A stretch of DNA of 64,000 nucleotides from Epiperipatus broadwayi (taxonomy: Eukaryota > Animalia > Onychophora): contig JAQFVV010000003.1 of assembly GCA_028023455.1 (NCBI GenBank), forward strand, positions 23,002,001 through 23,066,000. The letters run 5' to 3'. A model generated the notes under the pieces. It made no database searches, was not told where the DNA came from, and saw nothing but the letters and a program-made list of their open reading frames with translations. The position numbers were made by a program, and so were the translations under genes. This document shows positions 38,901-51,662 of the stretch, piece by piece. The first letter of the stretch is position 1. The number at the start of each line of letters is the position of its first letter.

Positions 38901-41900
38901 TAAAAAATATTTTTATAATATGGTATCATTATTGGCAGCCTTTCTACTGGCATACAGCCCTTGATATCTAATTATTAAATACTATTGTCAGTATTAACCA
39001 AGATAAGATTGTTATTATGAAGAAATTGTGGGGAGTGAAGTGAAAAGAATTTGAGAACTTAAGGAAGTTTTATCTATATATTTAGAAAGGAAATATAAAA
39101 TTAAAACAAGTGAACTTTAAAATATTAAATAATTGATAGAAAACTTGATTTAGTTATATATGCAGGCTTCCATCTTATAAACAGATATTATTTCTATAGT
39201 TAGATAGTATTTAATTTTTGAAATTTTTATATTTGAATATATTTTGAATCTGAATTATTTATGTTATATTTTTAAAAATAAATGTATAAAAATATTCTGA
39301 TATCAGATTTTATTTTAAATGTCATTGTTGTATCAGAGTCAACATTATAGCTAATTAACTGAATCATCATAAGGTATAATCATTAAAAATTCTAAATTTG
39401 ATTAAAACCTACCCCCCTTCCTCCCACATTTTCACATTCTGGCTGTTTTATCTCAACTCTTCATAAATATTGCAAAATGAATTACTTAAATAATTTTATC
39501 TTTTTATTTAACTATTAAATTGATTAGTTTCTGTGGGTAAATAAATAATTTCCACTATGTAGACTACATATGACAGACAGATATAATGCTATTTAATTTT
39601 GTGAAAATCAAATCTTTTTTTTAATATCTTATATATATATTGAAATTTATAAAAATATATATTATCCAATCTACTTCCAATACTAATCGTTTGAACAATT
39701 ATTTATCTTGCATACAGAATATCTTTACCATATTTATCAAGGTTTTTCTGTTATTTTCTGGTAACCTAATTATTTATGAAATATAGGAAACTCAAGATTA
39801 AATCTTAATCTTTTTGTCTGTATTTCTACATCCTTATATTTCTGAAACTATTAGTTTTATTATCATCTTGTTTGTAAAGAATTACAATGACAATAAGTAT
39901 TCTATACAGTATTTTATTTTTAATCATTTAATCTTGTGATAAAGATTTTTTGTTTGATTACTCTTTACAACAACACCGGCAAATGATTTGAAATATTTAA
40001 TCACCAGATGTAGTAATTAGACTGCTTTTTCTCTCCCTTATTCTGCGATGTATTGTTCCCAAAACACATTCCCAGGGATTTTAATAATAAAAATTTACTC
40101 TGGATTACAAAATTATTATTCTTAAATATAAAAATGGTTTATATGTCAATTTGTATATAAGCAAGCTAATACATTATGCTAATGAAATAATTTGGTGTTA
40201 TAATTGTGTACATATATACTGTGTGTGTGTAATCTTAAACATTCAGCTTTTTAATATGCTGAAATGTTTGTGGAAATTAGCATTTCATTTGTTGTAATAA
40301 TTTTTAAATTTTTTTTTAATAAGTTAGTAAACTCATAATTACAATAATTTATTTTTCACACTTATGATCACCTTGGACTTTGAGGCGAGATTATCTTTAT
40401 TTATATGATATTGTAGGTTTTCTATTACAATTGATTGAAGTCTAGTTTGATATTTTGAAAAATTTTTGTTTCACTTGAGTGAAAAAAGTTACTAATGGCA
40501 ATATTCCAAGTTATCTAGTTGGAATTTGACTATAGTTTACTATCTGATAAAATGTGTATAATAATTTAGAATGGGCAAAGGTCTTACTTTTTACTAATTC
40601 ATTCACAGCCTGCCAGGTAAGAATTCTTTCATACATTACATGGATTTTTTTTTTTTTTGTTTAAATTAATATTAACTATGGTTATTTTTCTTTTATTCTC
40701 CCCACCCTCCTAGTTATAATAATCACTTTGCTTTTTTTTATTACATGTAAAATAATATTTTGTTGCATTTTATTTTTGTTAAAATGATAAAAATGTTTTT
40801 AAAAATGAGCTCATCATGTCTAGTACTTGGACTTCAAGCCCAGCTAATCAATCTTGGAAAATTTTTTTCAAGTTACAAATAACCAATTCAGAAAAATACC
40901 TACTATTGGTCAGAAAATGGTTATCGAGCCATTACTGACTAGTTGGTAAAAATACTGGTTAATCTGAATAGTTAGATAAGTATTGATGAACTGATTGTAA
41001 AAACAAAAATTATGATTATAATATGATGCAGCTCTCAACTTCAAAACAATTTTTAATTGGTTAAAATACCTGCTAGAGATTTTCTTTTATATTTAATATC
41101 AGTGATAGGCTTTCTAATAATATTTTGCAAAATTGAAACTGGAAATTAAATATTAAATGTGTAATTTGAATTAGTTGAAATATTTAGATTGAATGATTTT
41201 TATTTCAATTAAAAATAATATAAGTTTTGTATTTGGGGTAATTTTAATTATGATATATTGTATAATATTAATGAGAAAGTCTGGTATTCTTCTAGCATTC
41301 AAAATCATGACTAGTCAAAATTATCAGTTCATAATCACTTTTTGAACAACAGTACTGGTAAAGATTTTAAATAATTCCACAGCCAGCAAAGATAATGATG
41401 ATCTGATTAGATCTAAATTCTCATTTAAAATGTAAATAACCATATTGAAATTATTCTGTTTTGGTCATATGGTGAAACAATCTATTTTGTTAAAAAAATA
41501 AATAATGCTTAAAAAGATATGTGGTGAAACAAAAGAAAGACTAGCAGAGATAGATGAACTGGTTTACTATTATGAATGTCTTTGAGTATGTTTAAAAAAT
41601 TAACAAATACGTTATTTTTAATAGATGTTATATAATTATCATGTGCCAACATTGATTTCACAACATTTAATAACAATACATAATATTTCAAATTTGTATA
41701 TGCATGATATACAAGTAGTGGGTTCCTATACTACATAAACATGTGTGTATTTATATTTGGAAAAAATCAGAATTGGTGAAAGACAAAGAATAAAAATCTT
41801 TGTTTTTTTTTTTTGGACAGAGTAAAATTAATTGGAAAGAAGTTGGCTAGAAATTGAAATGATCAAGTATAAATTTGCAATATGCATTGAACTGAAATGT

Positions 41901-44900
41901 AATTGCCATAAGGTGAAACTATATTGTTTAATATATGAAATAAATATATATCACTATTTATATGTATTTACTTATAAATATAAAATAAATAAATAAACTA
42001 AAAAAAACCTTCAAAATTTAAAAGTAAAATTTAACAACCAATTGGTTTCACTGACAAGGCAGTTTCACTGACAAGGCAGAATTGTCAAGTGCAAAATATT
42101 TGTGTTGTATAAATTATTTAGTATACATTTGTGTTGAGTTTATGTTCCTTTGTATTTGACAAGTTTATCTCGGCACTGAAATCAATTGATTGTCAAATTT
42201 TAATTTTTAAATTTTGGTTAGGTTTTTTAATTCTGAATTTGCTATAATATGTTTAAATATTGATATGTTTTTGTTTTATCATTATTAATTTAAAATATTG
42301 ATACTACTTTATTTCCAATATTCATTTAGTTACAAAAAAACAAATGGAATATTAAAAATAATAATTGTCACTGATTTTAAATATCTGAGGCTGCAACATA
42401 AATTCCTTACATGTATTAATAAATTATTTTTAACTTGTTTTTTTAATAACAAAATAGTATTATAGTATTTGGGAGAAGTGGGGGAGAGTAACTCTTTTGT
42501 TGAGAAAATATGTAAAAAAAAAAAGTAATGATGATTAGAGTTAAACTATATAAAAGAAATTCTTTAATTAGTGGTGATAATTAATTCTTCCAATCACTTT
42601 TTGTGATAGTAGCTAAATGCCTATGAAAGAAATATATAGTTTTATTGAAACATGGCCAGGGTGAATGCATTTTTTATGCTTCATATAATTTGAATAAATA
42701 AAGAAATCTTGTACTCTCTGACAATAATTCTCCAAAGTATGTACTTATACAATTATAAGCAAAGTCAGTACATATATATTTTGATTATTGTACACTGTAG
42801 ATCTAAGATGCATTCTGAAAATATTTTACAATCTTTTAGCAAATTAATTTACCTTTTTGAAATTTTTATTTTGGTATATTTGGATAATTAATCTTAATAA
42901 ATATTGAAATCTATTCTTAGTTGCCAAATGAAAGAATGAGCATCTCCAATGGGTATTTAAAATGCGGTTCTTATGTGTTTTCTGCCAATAGTTGATTTAT
43001 TGGCTTCTGTAAGCAATTAATATTGTGACATTATGAGAAAAGTATTGATTAACATATTAAAGGATAAAACATTGCTAATGTGAAAATAATCTTTTATTGA
43101 CAATTGGTGCTCCTTAATATTTCTGAGGTTTTCCCCATCTTCCTGTTCAGTGGTTGCTTAAAAACAAAGGCAAAAGAAGCAAGTAAAAGTAGCATTATCC
43201 ATTTTCATGGATTTAGTGATGCTTGGGATAATGGGGTGGAGTACCAGAATTTTACAAAATCTATTAAGATCATTAATTTCTGTTTCTTCAACCATGTTTA
43301 AAAAAATACTTTAAATGGAAAATATTATTAGAACTTAATTAAATATACAACCTCCCTATAAAGCAGGATGTTTCTTTTTGACATGATGATGAGCAAATAT
43401 TAAAAAAAAACCATTGAAAATAAAATGAAAAAGTGCAAAAATATAGGAGTATATTGAAGATAATTATGTATTTAAAGAGATTATTAAAACCAGAATCAGT
43501 TTTTGATTGGTGAATAGTGTGAGAGTTACTTTAATGTGTTTAAAAAAAAAAAGAATTCTACTCATATTAATGCAATATTTCCAGATTTAATAAATCACTA
43601 AAGCGTAGCATTTAAAATGCTATTCTATTAATTGATGGCTAATTCAATTTTTGGTAAGAGGCACTGCACTCATTAGCCAGTAAATTAAGCTAATAGTTTG
43701 AAAATTTGAACATTCAAAGCTTATGAATGTAAGCCGAAATGTGCTTATATCCAGTATTAATTAGTTTATTAAATATTTAGAAGTTTAATTTTGAAATAGA
43801 GATGTCATAGCTGTTTATAGTATCCATGTATTGTTTATTTTATGTAAGTAAAGATTAGGCACATGTAATGTGATAATATGGTACTTTTATAATAGTTATT
43901 GGATGTCATTGAGCACTATTATTTGGGACAATAATTGAGTTGTGGCAGATTATTTTGTATGCTGCTGCATTCTTGTTGCAGAGTTTATTCTTATTTAGCT
44001 TTGCTAACTGATGATATTTATTGGCAGGATGATTAGAATATCTCCTTTTTCACTAGTTATTTTATAATTTTTTATTGATGAGACTGTTAGGCATAGAAGA
44101 TCTTGTATGTTTGTATTTATAAAATATTTACTGAATTGACTATTTTCATATATGGCCTGACCAATTAATACAATGGTAGAATGATAGTCTCAAGTGCTAA
44201 GAGTATCATTGTCAATACTCAGCTGAATAAAGTAAAAATAAAATAGCACTTTTGATTAATTGAATGGAATTACTATGTTAACCTTATCATTTGTATGTTC
44301 AAATGTTTTGTGACATTTCCAACAAATTAGTCAAAAAATTATTTTTCTTATGCAGTTAGTACAATGGCAAAATTGTAGATTTAAGAACTAAGGATTCCTG
44401 GGTCAATTTCCAATTGAATAAAAACTTTTGTCATTTATTAGATTTGTGTTTAATCTGCTGTTTTGATATTAGAAAATCATATGACCTGCTGGGTAATTTT
44501 TCATATATTTATATTTATGACTATTTGACAAGTTTTAGAAAGTTTACTTTCATTTTCAAGATCTTTGCAAAGATTATTCTTAGTTTGATGAAGCCAATAC
44601 TTGTTCATTCTTCATAACATTATAGTATATTGTTGTTATGCTAATTTTTATAAGAATATGCTAGTCTTTAGGCTATTAACATACGAGTTATAAATATGAT
44701 TTTTTTAAATAAGAAAATATCAATGAGCTATGCAAGAATCCTGCTGTCATTATTCTGATGACTAGAAGATTGAGATTTCCTTGCAACTAATTCATACAAA
44801 AACTGTTAAAGTAGTTTAGTTTTATCATTGAAATTTATCTTTCATATTTAAGGAAAGTAGTAAAAATTTGTTAATGATATGTTTGTTGTAGAGTCTAGAT

Positions 44901-45047
44901 TATCCATCTCGGAATTTCTTTTTATTTGAAATATATAAAAATTTCTCTGAGTTATTTCTCTGTAATTGGAAACTCCGTGATAAAATAATAGTCCTTGATA
45001 ATTAAACTTACTGGAGCATTTCCTGGCTGAATAATATGTATATATAT

Positions 45048-48018
45048 TGTGCCAAACAGTCTAAAACGACCAGGCACAAGATGGCTGTATACATAGCTAC
45101 AGTTCAAACATATAAGAATAACTATTTTATTATATATAACACATAATAATGGAGGTTGGTCTGTGTAGATATATATTTTTATTTTGCCCACACACACACA
45201 AAACTAAATGTTAAAAAGGTAAATGATAATGTTAGGCATTTAATGGTATTATATCTGCTTGTAATCTTTTCTGAATATAATTTGCACTAATTTATCAGAT
45301 TTATTTATAAAATCAATTCAAATAAAAATTTACAGATTCAATAGTACATTATGTAGCAGCAAACATAGTTCCAAACAAAATGTTTCCCATAAGCAACTGT
45401 TTTTTGACTCATTTCTTTAATGGTATTATATCTGAGTACAATAAATTGTCATATGCATCAGTACTTTTTATTATTATTAGTTATCATTGTAATTCATTAT
45501 TTTGCTTGTCTATATATTTTTTTTATATACATGCAAGTATGGTGAGGGGTGTACATTTTACTCTGGGAAATGTTTATGATGCAGAACACATAAATGGTAG
45601 AGTTAAAATAATTCTCAGTGTTTCAATATTTGTATATTTTATTTTTACTTTTTAAGTTTTTCTTTTTCTGCAAATATTGTTTACTATATCTCAAAAAGAA
45701 AAAAAAAGTATTAATTCATTAGTGGTTATTCAGCTTGGTACTTTTGGTTTTTGTAACAAAGAAATTCCTGGAAATAGAGAAAATTTTAAATTCTGTGGTG
45801 GACATCTATTTGATTGGAATTTTGTTGGAAAAAAAAAATCTATTTGATTGGAATTTTGTTGGAAAAAAAAAAAGAGATACTAAACAAATGTTTTTTTTTT
45901 TTTTTTATTGTGTATAAATGTTGTACATTAACAATTAACAAATAAGTGGTCTGAGTAGCCCAAGATAAATTAAAGATAAAATTCTTTCTAGACAAAAGGT
46001 CAGTAATTAAATTATATTAATTAATTTTTAAAAAATGATCCGTGGATTGTTCAAGCACATGAGCCAGTAGCAGGAAATCACCTGATGCAACAGTTTTCAG
46101 AGGGGTACTAGAATATAAAAATGTAATGAGTGAGGTATATAAATCGTTATCCAGGAATGTAAAGGGAGAGAACAAGGAAACAAAAAAAATGGAGGATTTT
46201 GAACAGAGACAGGAGCTAAGTTGAGCTGATCAGAGTTGAGTTGTGGAAAAAAGAAAAAAACTTCATGGAAATTAAGCTTGTCTTGCATGGATTTAACTAT
46301 CAAGCGGAGAAGTTAGAATAATTATTTGCTGATTTATGGAAAGGCAAAATTAATTCTTTCAGAACCGTGGCTATAGATAGCTGTCAAAGAAATGCGGTTG
46401 TGATCCGTCCAAGCTGGCACCAATCTATAAGCAGTCTTTGCAATTCCATCCCTAAAAGCTATAAGCAATAATCCAGTTGTAGTTTATGAAGTTGGGGATA
46501 ATTTATATTATACTTGCCGAGTAAGCTAAATTTGAAATCGAAACTGAGTTCCTGCAAACCAGAGAGAAAATATAGTGTTAAGTAAACAAAGAAAAATAAA
46601 GGCTAACCAAATAAAATTGCTGCCTTCTGTATGCATCTTTAAAATAACTATGGGGTAGAAGCCACATCAGTGCACCTGCCCCAGTTCATTCCAGCTTCAT
46701 CAATGTAACATCTTAGGCTCCAGTGAATTGTGATAATGAAGACCAACTTGGCCAATACGCCATTGAATTAAAGCCATAACCACTTGCCTGGCAGATTTAT
46801 ATAGGACACTCAGAAACCCCAGCTCCAGAAGAAGAAGGAATTCCTTGGGAAGCATAAGTTATTGTGTTAATTTTATATTGACTTAATTATTTATTCTTCT
46901 AGTTCAAGTATTTTTTAATATTTTTATTTAAATTTTTTTTTTTTTTTTATATATTTGATTATTGTGTATATATTGATATATATTACTCCTATACTAACTG
47001 TATGGAACAAACACAGATATCATTTTAGTTGATTTGTGCATGTGTGACTGTATTTTATATTCTAATCCGTATGTGCAGGCTACTATAATATTAATTCTTC
47101 ATTCCTACTAAACTTCTATATGCGTAAGTCATAATGTAGCCAGAGAGCACAAATTAATTATGTAAACTTTAAATAATTTATATTACACTTTCGGATGTAG
47201 ATATGTGTTTTAGATATGGACCACACTCTTAGATCATTGCTAATGAGGGAGAAGTCATTTAAATAAACATACATGCACTATCACTGACATATAATTTTTT
47301 TTTATATATTGCATTAGATAACATGACACTTAATATGTAAGTGTGTGAGAGAGAAAACTCAGATCACTCCATATTATTTCACTTTATTTTATTTAATATT
47401 ATTTTGGTTTGTTTCATTTGTGGTGTTGTTTTATGCCTGTATATAATATTGTTGAATTATTGAGGTTAATAAAGATATATTCTCTTATCTGAAAATTAAC
47501 TGATAGCGTATTTATTTAATAATTTCTTTTCTGAAATATTGAAACACAGATATATATTTCTATAAGCCACTCAAGCTGAGCCACTTACCTGAGATAAAAA
47601 GTAGACTGAGTTAGCCACGGGATATAACTTTATCGGGGGTTAGGTCTTTATTGTTTGTAGGTATCCATTATTTTTTATGTTTGTCTTGTTTATAAATAAT
47701 TTCTTTAATTAATGGTGAAGGCATATCCTTCTGGGTGGGGAGTGATTCCTTCCTCAGAGTGGCGCATAAAGGTTAAAGTGAATTAAGTCTTTCAAAGGTA
47801 TGCTAATGCTAATATTGGGATATTCTTAAGCGTGTTAATAAAAACTTAACAAAGGAGGGCTTAGGGGAATCGATTCTGGTTTTGCTTTCCTCCCTCTAGC
47901 AGTTTGATTAGATACTTCAAACATTCAATAATGATGTCTTGCCTTGTTACGTCATGTACATGTTTAATGCGCGCGCACTTAGAATGAATCTGCAAGGGAG
48001 GACAGATCAATCAGTACA
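45048..48018 (+). mobile_element. ~3.0-kb TG...CA solo-LTR-like element Z with ATAT flanks
   Basis: ATAT|TGTGCCAAAC ... TCAGTACA|ATAT. TATA-like TCTATAAG at ~47558 and AATAAA at ~47837 near the 3' end. Decayed ORF-like stretch at ~46640-46857 (...WQIYIGHSETPAPEEEGIPWEA*). Confidence 0.5.
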
Positions 48019-48283
48019 ATATATAAAGATTACTGGAGCAGCTCCTGTCTGAATAATGTGTATATATAAATCTTAGGTTATTTGAATGTCGAATTAAACT
48101 TCTGTTTTTCAGATATCATGATTTTGAGTAACTGGTTATATGATTATTAGTATTAATAGTTTGATTTAAAACTACAAAACAATGCATGTTTTTAAATGAA
48201 TTGTTAGGTTTTACACGCTATTGTATATTTGTTATCCATTATTTATTGCATTTGAAATATAACATATATGAGGATTATACATG

Positions 48284-49639
48284 TCACATGATCACCATTT
48301 CTTATGCTTGCTTATAACTGTTGTTAAAACAGGCAAAACTCACTACACATATTGCCACACACAGCAAGCTAGAGTAATCAATGGATGCCAGAAGGCTTGT
48401 GCATAAAATCCCCATCTAGTGCCTACTCATCCAATATCCCCAGACTAGTTTTTGGCTTGTGGCCTTTGTCAGTGAGGAGCCTTGGATCTGAGAGCACTGC
48501 ATCTAGATCTTAGGATCTAATGCAACCCTCCAGTGGCCACCTTTTATCTCCACTTGACTACAAAACTATGAGTCTTAAATTGAAAACACCATAATATTTT
48601 CAATTCAAGCCCATCAGCTTATATAGTCATATAGGTCTGAACTCAGTTCAGTACCTGTACATTTTGGTGTCTTTGGTTCTTTAATAACCATAGTCACCAC
48701 TATCCTATTAGGCAGGATTGGTTTTAAGCCAATAAACATCACATGATCACTACTTTTTATGTTTGCTTTTAAAACAGGCAAAACTCACTACACGTATTGG
48801 CTTAAAACCAATCCTGCCTAATAGGATAGTGGTGGCTATGGTTATTAAAGAACCAAAGACACCAAAATATATAGGTACTGAACTGAGTCAGACCTATATG
48901 ACTATATAAGCTGATGGGCTTGAATTGAAAATATTAAGGTGTTTTCAATTTAAGTCATAGTTTTGTAGTAAAGTGGAGATAAAAGGTGGCTGCTGGAGGG
49001 TTGCATTGGATCTTAAGATCTAGGTGCAGTGCTCTCAGATCCAAGGATCCTCACTGACTAAGGCCAGAAGCCAGAAACTAGTCTGGGGATATTGGATGAG
49101 TAGACACTAGATGGGGATTTTATGCACAAGCCTTCTGGCATCCATTGATTACTCTAGCTAGCTGTGGGTGGCAATACATGTAGTGAGTTTTGGCTATTTT
49201 AACAACAGTTATAAGCAAGCATAAGAAATGGTGATCATTTGATGTTTATTGGCTTAAAACCAATCCTTGCTTAATAGGATAAGTGGTGGCTATGGTTATT
49301 AAAGAACCAAAGACACCAAAATTTATAGGTACTGAACTGAGTTCAGACCTATATGACTATATAAGCCGATAAGCTTGAATTAAAAATATTAAGGTGTTTT
49401 CAACTTAAGACTCATAGTTTTGTAGTAAAGTGGAGGTAAAAGGTGGCTACTGGAGGGTTGCATTAGATCCTAAGATGTAGGTGCAGTGCTCTCAGATCCA
49501 AGGCTCCTCACTGATGAAGGCCACAAGCCAGAAACTAGTCTGGTGATATTGGATGAGTAGGAGATGGGGATTTTATGCACAAGCCTTCTGGCATCCATTA
49601 ATTACTCTAGCTTGCTGTGTGTGGCAATACATGTAATGA
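48284..49639. mobile_element. Hammerhead family-1 head-to-head composite (~1.1 monomer inverted plus ~1.85 tandem monomers) with 11-bp TSD
   Basis: HHRs at 48429-48487 (-; G8>A, G12>A), 49039-49097 (+; G8>U) and 49496-49554 (+; intact), with a 457-bp period. Direct repeat GATTATACATG at 48273-48283 and 49640-49650. Confidence 0.92.
49496..49554 (+). ncRNA. Type I hammerhead ribozyme, family 1, catalytic core intact
   Basis: ATCCAA GGC TCCTCA CTGATGA A GGC CACAA GCC A GAAA CTAG TC TGGTGA TA TTGGAT. Palindromic ACTAGT stem III and GUC cleavage triplet. Other copies have TGGGGA, which pairs fully with TCCTCA. Confidence 0.78.
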
Positions 49640-50363
49640 GATTATACATGCCGAGTCTTCTTGACAAGCTCCAAAAAACATAGAATTAATTTAGTAAATT
49701 CATAATTTTTTTGTCATGCATGAGTGCCTATTTAACAATAAGTTATCATTGGGCATGATTACTAATAGAATTTGGAAATGGATATATTGGGATATGTTTG
49801 AGCTATATAGAATGTTATCTTTATATTACTTTCAAAAATCAAACTTTATTTACACATTAGAGTGGATACAACAGCAATCAATGATAGGATAACATTGTCT
49901 ATAAGAAAGTTTCAATGTATATATATATAAATGTAATATGCAAGCCATGTATACAGAAATATCAAAAGTTGTATTAGACCAATAATTTAGTCTTAAGAGC
50001 AGTATAAGAAACTCATGATGGTTAATTAATGCAAGTATAAAAGAAACATAAATAACTATAAATAAAATCAAAGATTATATTAATGCCTTAAGGCAGCATG
50101 TCATGAGCTTAATTAGTTAGGAATATAAAGTAATTCAAACCTATGTCTAAGGTTTGGAAATTCCATTGATTAATGATTATCCTGGCCCAAGGAGTAACGA
50201 GGACATAAAATAAGTTGATATTTAGCCAGCGTGGTGAGTTTATTGGCTTTTTACCTCTGAGTTTAAGATCAAGAAACACCATGGTCTTTCTTCTCAGTGC
50301 CTGATAAGGCAGAATGAATGTTTGTGTAAATGATAAATATTTTTCCAATACATATATACAATT

Positions 50364-51662
50364 ATGACAGACAAAAATAAAGCATGGCCCTTATTCCCAG
50401 GAGGCTGTAAAGTCACCAACCAAGGCAGCGGTTGGTGGCCGAAGGCGGAGGGTGCTAAGAATCCCCTGATTGCGGACCCAGGCTGCCATTTGATGATGAC
50501 TTTTTATTTAGGTACTTACAACTGCAGATCACTTTCAAGTGAAGGAAGATTGCAAGAATTAGAAGAACTGTCTTATATTAAATGGGACATTATTGGACTT
50601 TGTGAAGTTAGAAGAAAAGGAGAAGAAACAATTGATTTAAAAAGTGGACATATACTCTATTATAAAGGCACACATATTGGAAATACAAGTGGAGTAGGAT
50701 TCATTATAAATAAAAAGTGGAAGAACAATATTGTGGAGATTGATGGTGTATCGGATAGAGTGGCAAGCGTGGCAAGATTAGTTATACAACTTAATAGCAG
50801 ATACCAAATGCAGATAATTCAGGTTTATGCCCCAACAAGTTCTCATAGTGATGAAGTAGTAGAAGATTTTTATATGGATGTACAAAAGGCTTTTGATCAG
50901 AGTAAACAACATTTTAAAATTGTTATGGGAGACTTTAATGCTAGAATTGGTAGACAAATGAAAGATGAAATTGCTGTAGGTAATTTTGGTTATGGTAATA
51001 GAAATGAGAGAGGACATAGACTTGTGGAGTTTGCAGAAAAAGAAAAACTTTATATTATGAATTCATTTTTTGAGAAAAATGTTAAAAGGAAATGGACATG
51101 GAAGCATCCAAATGAAGGTACAGCAGAATTGGATTATATTTTGACTAACAGAAAATACATATTTCAAGATTGTAATGTTCTTAATAAATTTAACACAGGA
51201 AGTGATCATCGATTAGTAAAGTGTAAGTTACGTGTTAATGTAAAACTAGAGAGACAAAAATTATTAAGAAAAACAATATTTACAGTTGATATTCCTAATC
51301 TTCAGAAACATTCTAATGAATTTAAATTAGAACTTACAAATAGGTTTCAAGTGTTAGGAGATTTTGAACATGATTCAGATTTGAATGAAATTAATATGAA
51401 AATAACTGATACACTTTTAAAAACTGCAACAAACATATCTGGTAGAAAAAAGCAGCAATTGACTAATAAAATTTCTACTGAGACTAGAGAATTTATGAAG
51501 AAAAGAAGGAATATGAAGATATACAAAAATGATGTATTAAAAAGAATTGAATCTCTCGAATTTTGTAAAATGGTACGGAAAAGAGTTGAAAATGATATAA
51601 GAAAGTATAACTGTGAAATAGCAAGGAAAGCTGTAGAAGAAAATAAGTCTCAAAAATGTTAA
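50364..51662 (+). pseudogene. RTE apurinic-like endonuclease domain (5' part of the broken ORF)
   Basis: GTYNCRSL, DIIGLCEVRR, QVYAPT, MGDFNARIG, ELDYIL and GSDHRLV motifs. Confidence 0.95.

Noticed and set aside
48905-48950. Apparent second hammerhead core in the family-1 monomer (CTGATG[A/G]...GAAA)
   Set aside because: The intervening GCTTGAATT cannot form stem II. Both motifs are explained by two independent hairpins.
50385-50500. Possible HDV-like ribozyme at the RTE 5' end
   Set aside because: Hairpins (ACCAACC/GGTTGGT) and a GGCAGC/GCTGCC pairing exist, but I could not fit the double pseudoknot or an L3/P1.1 motif.
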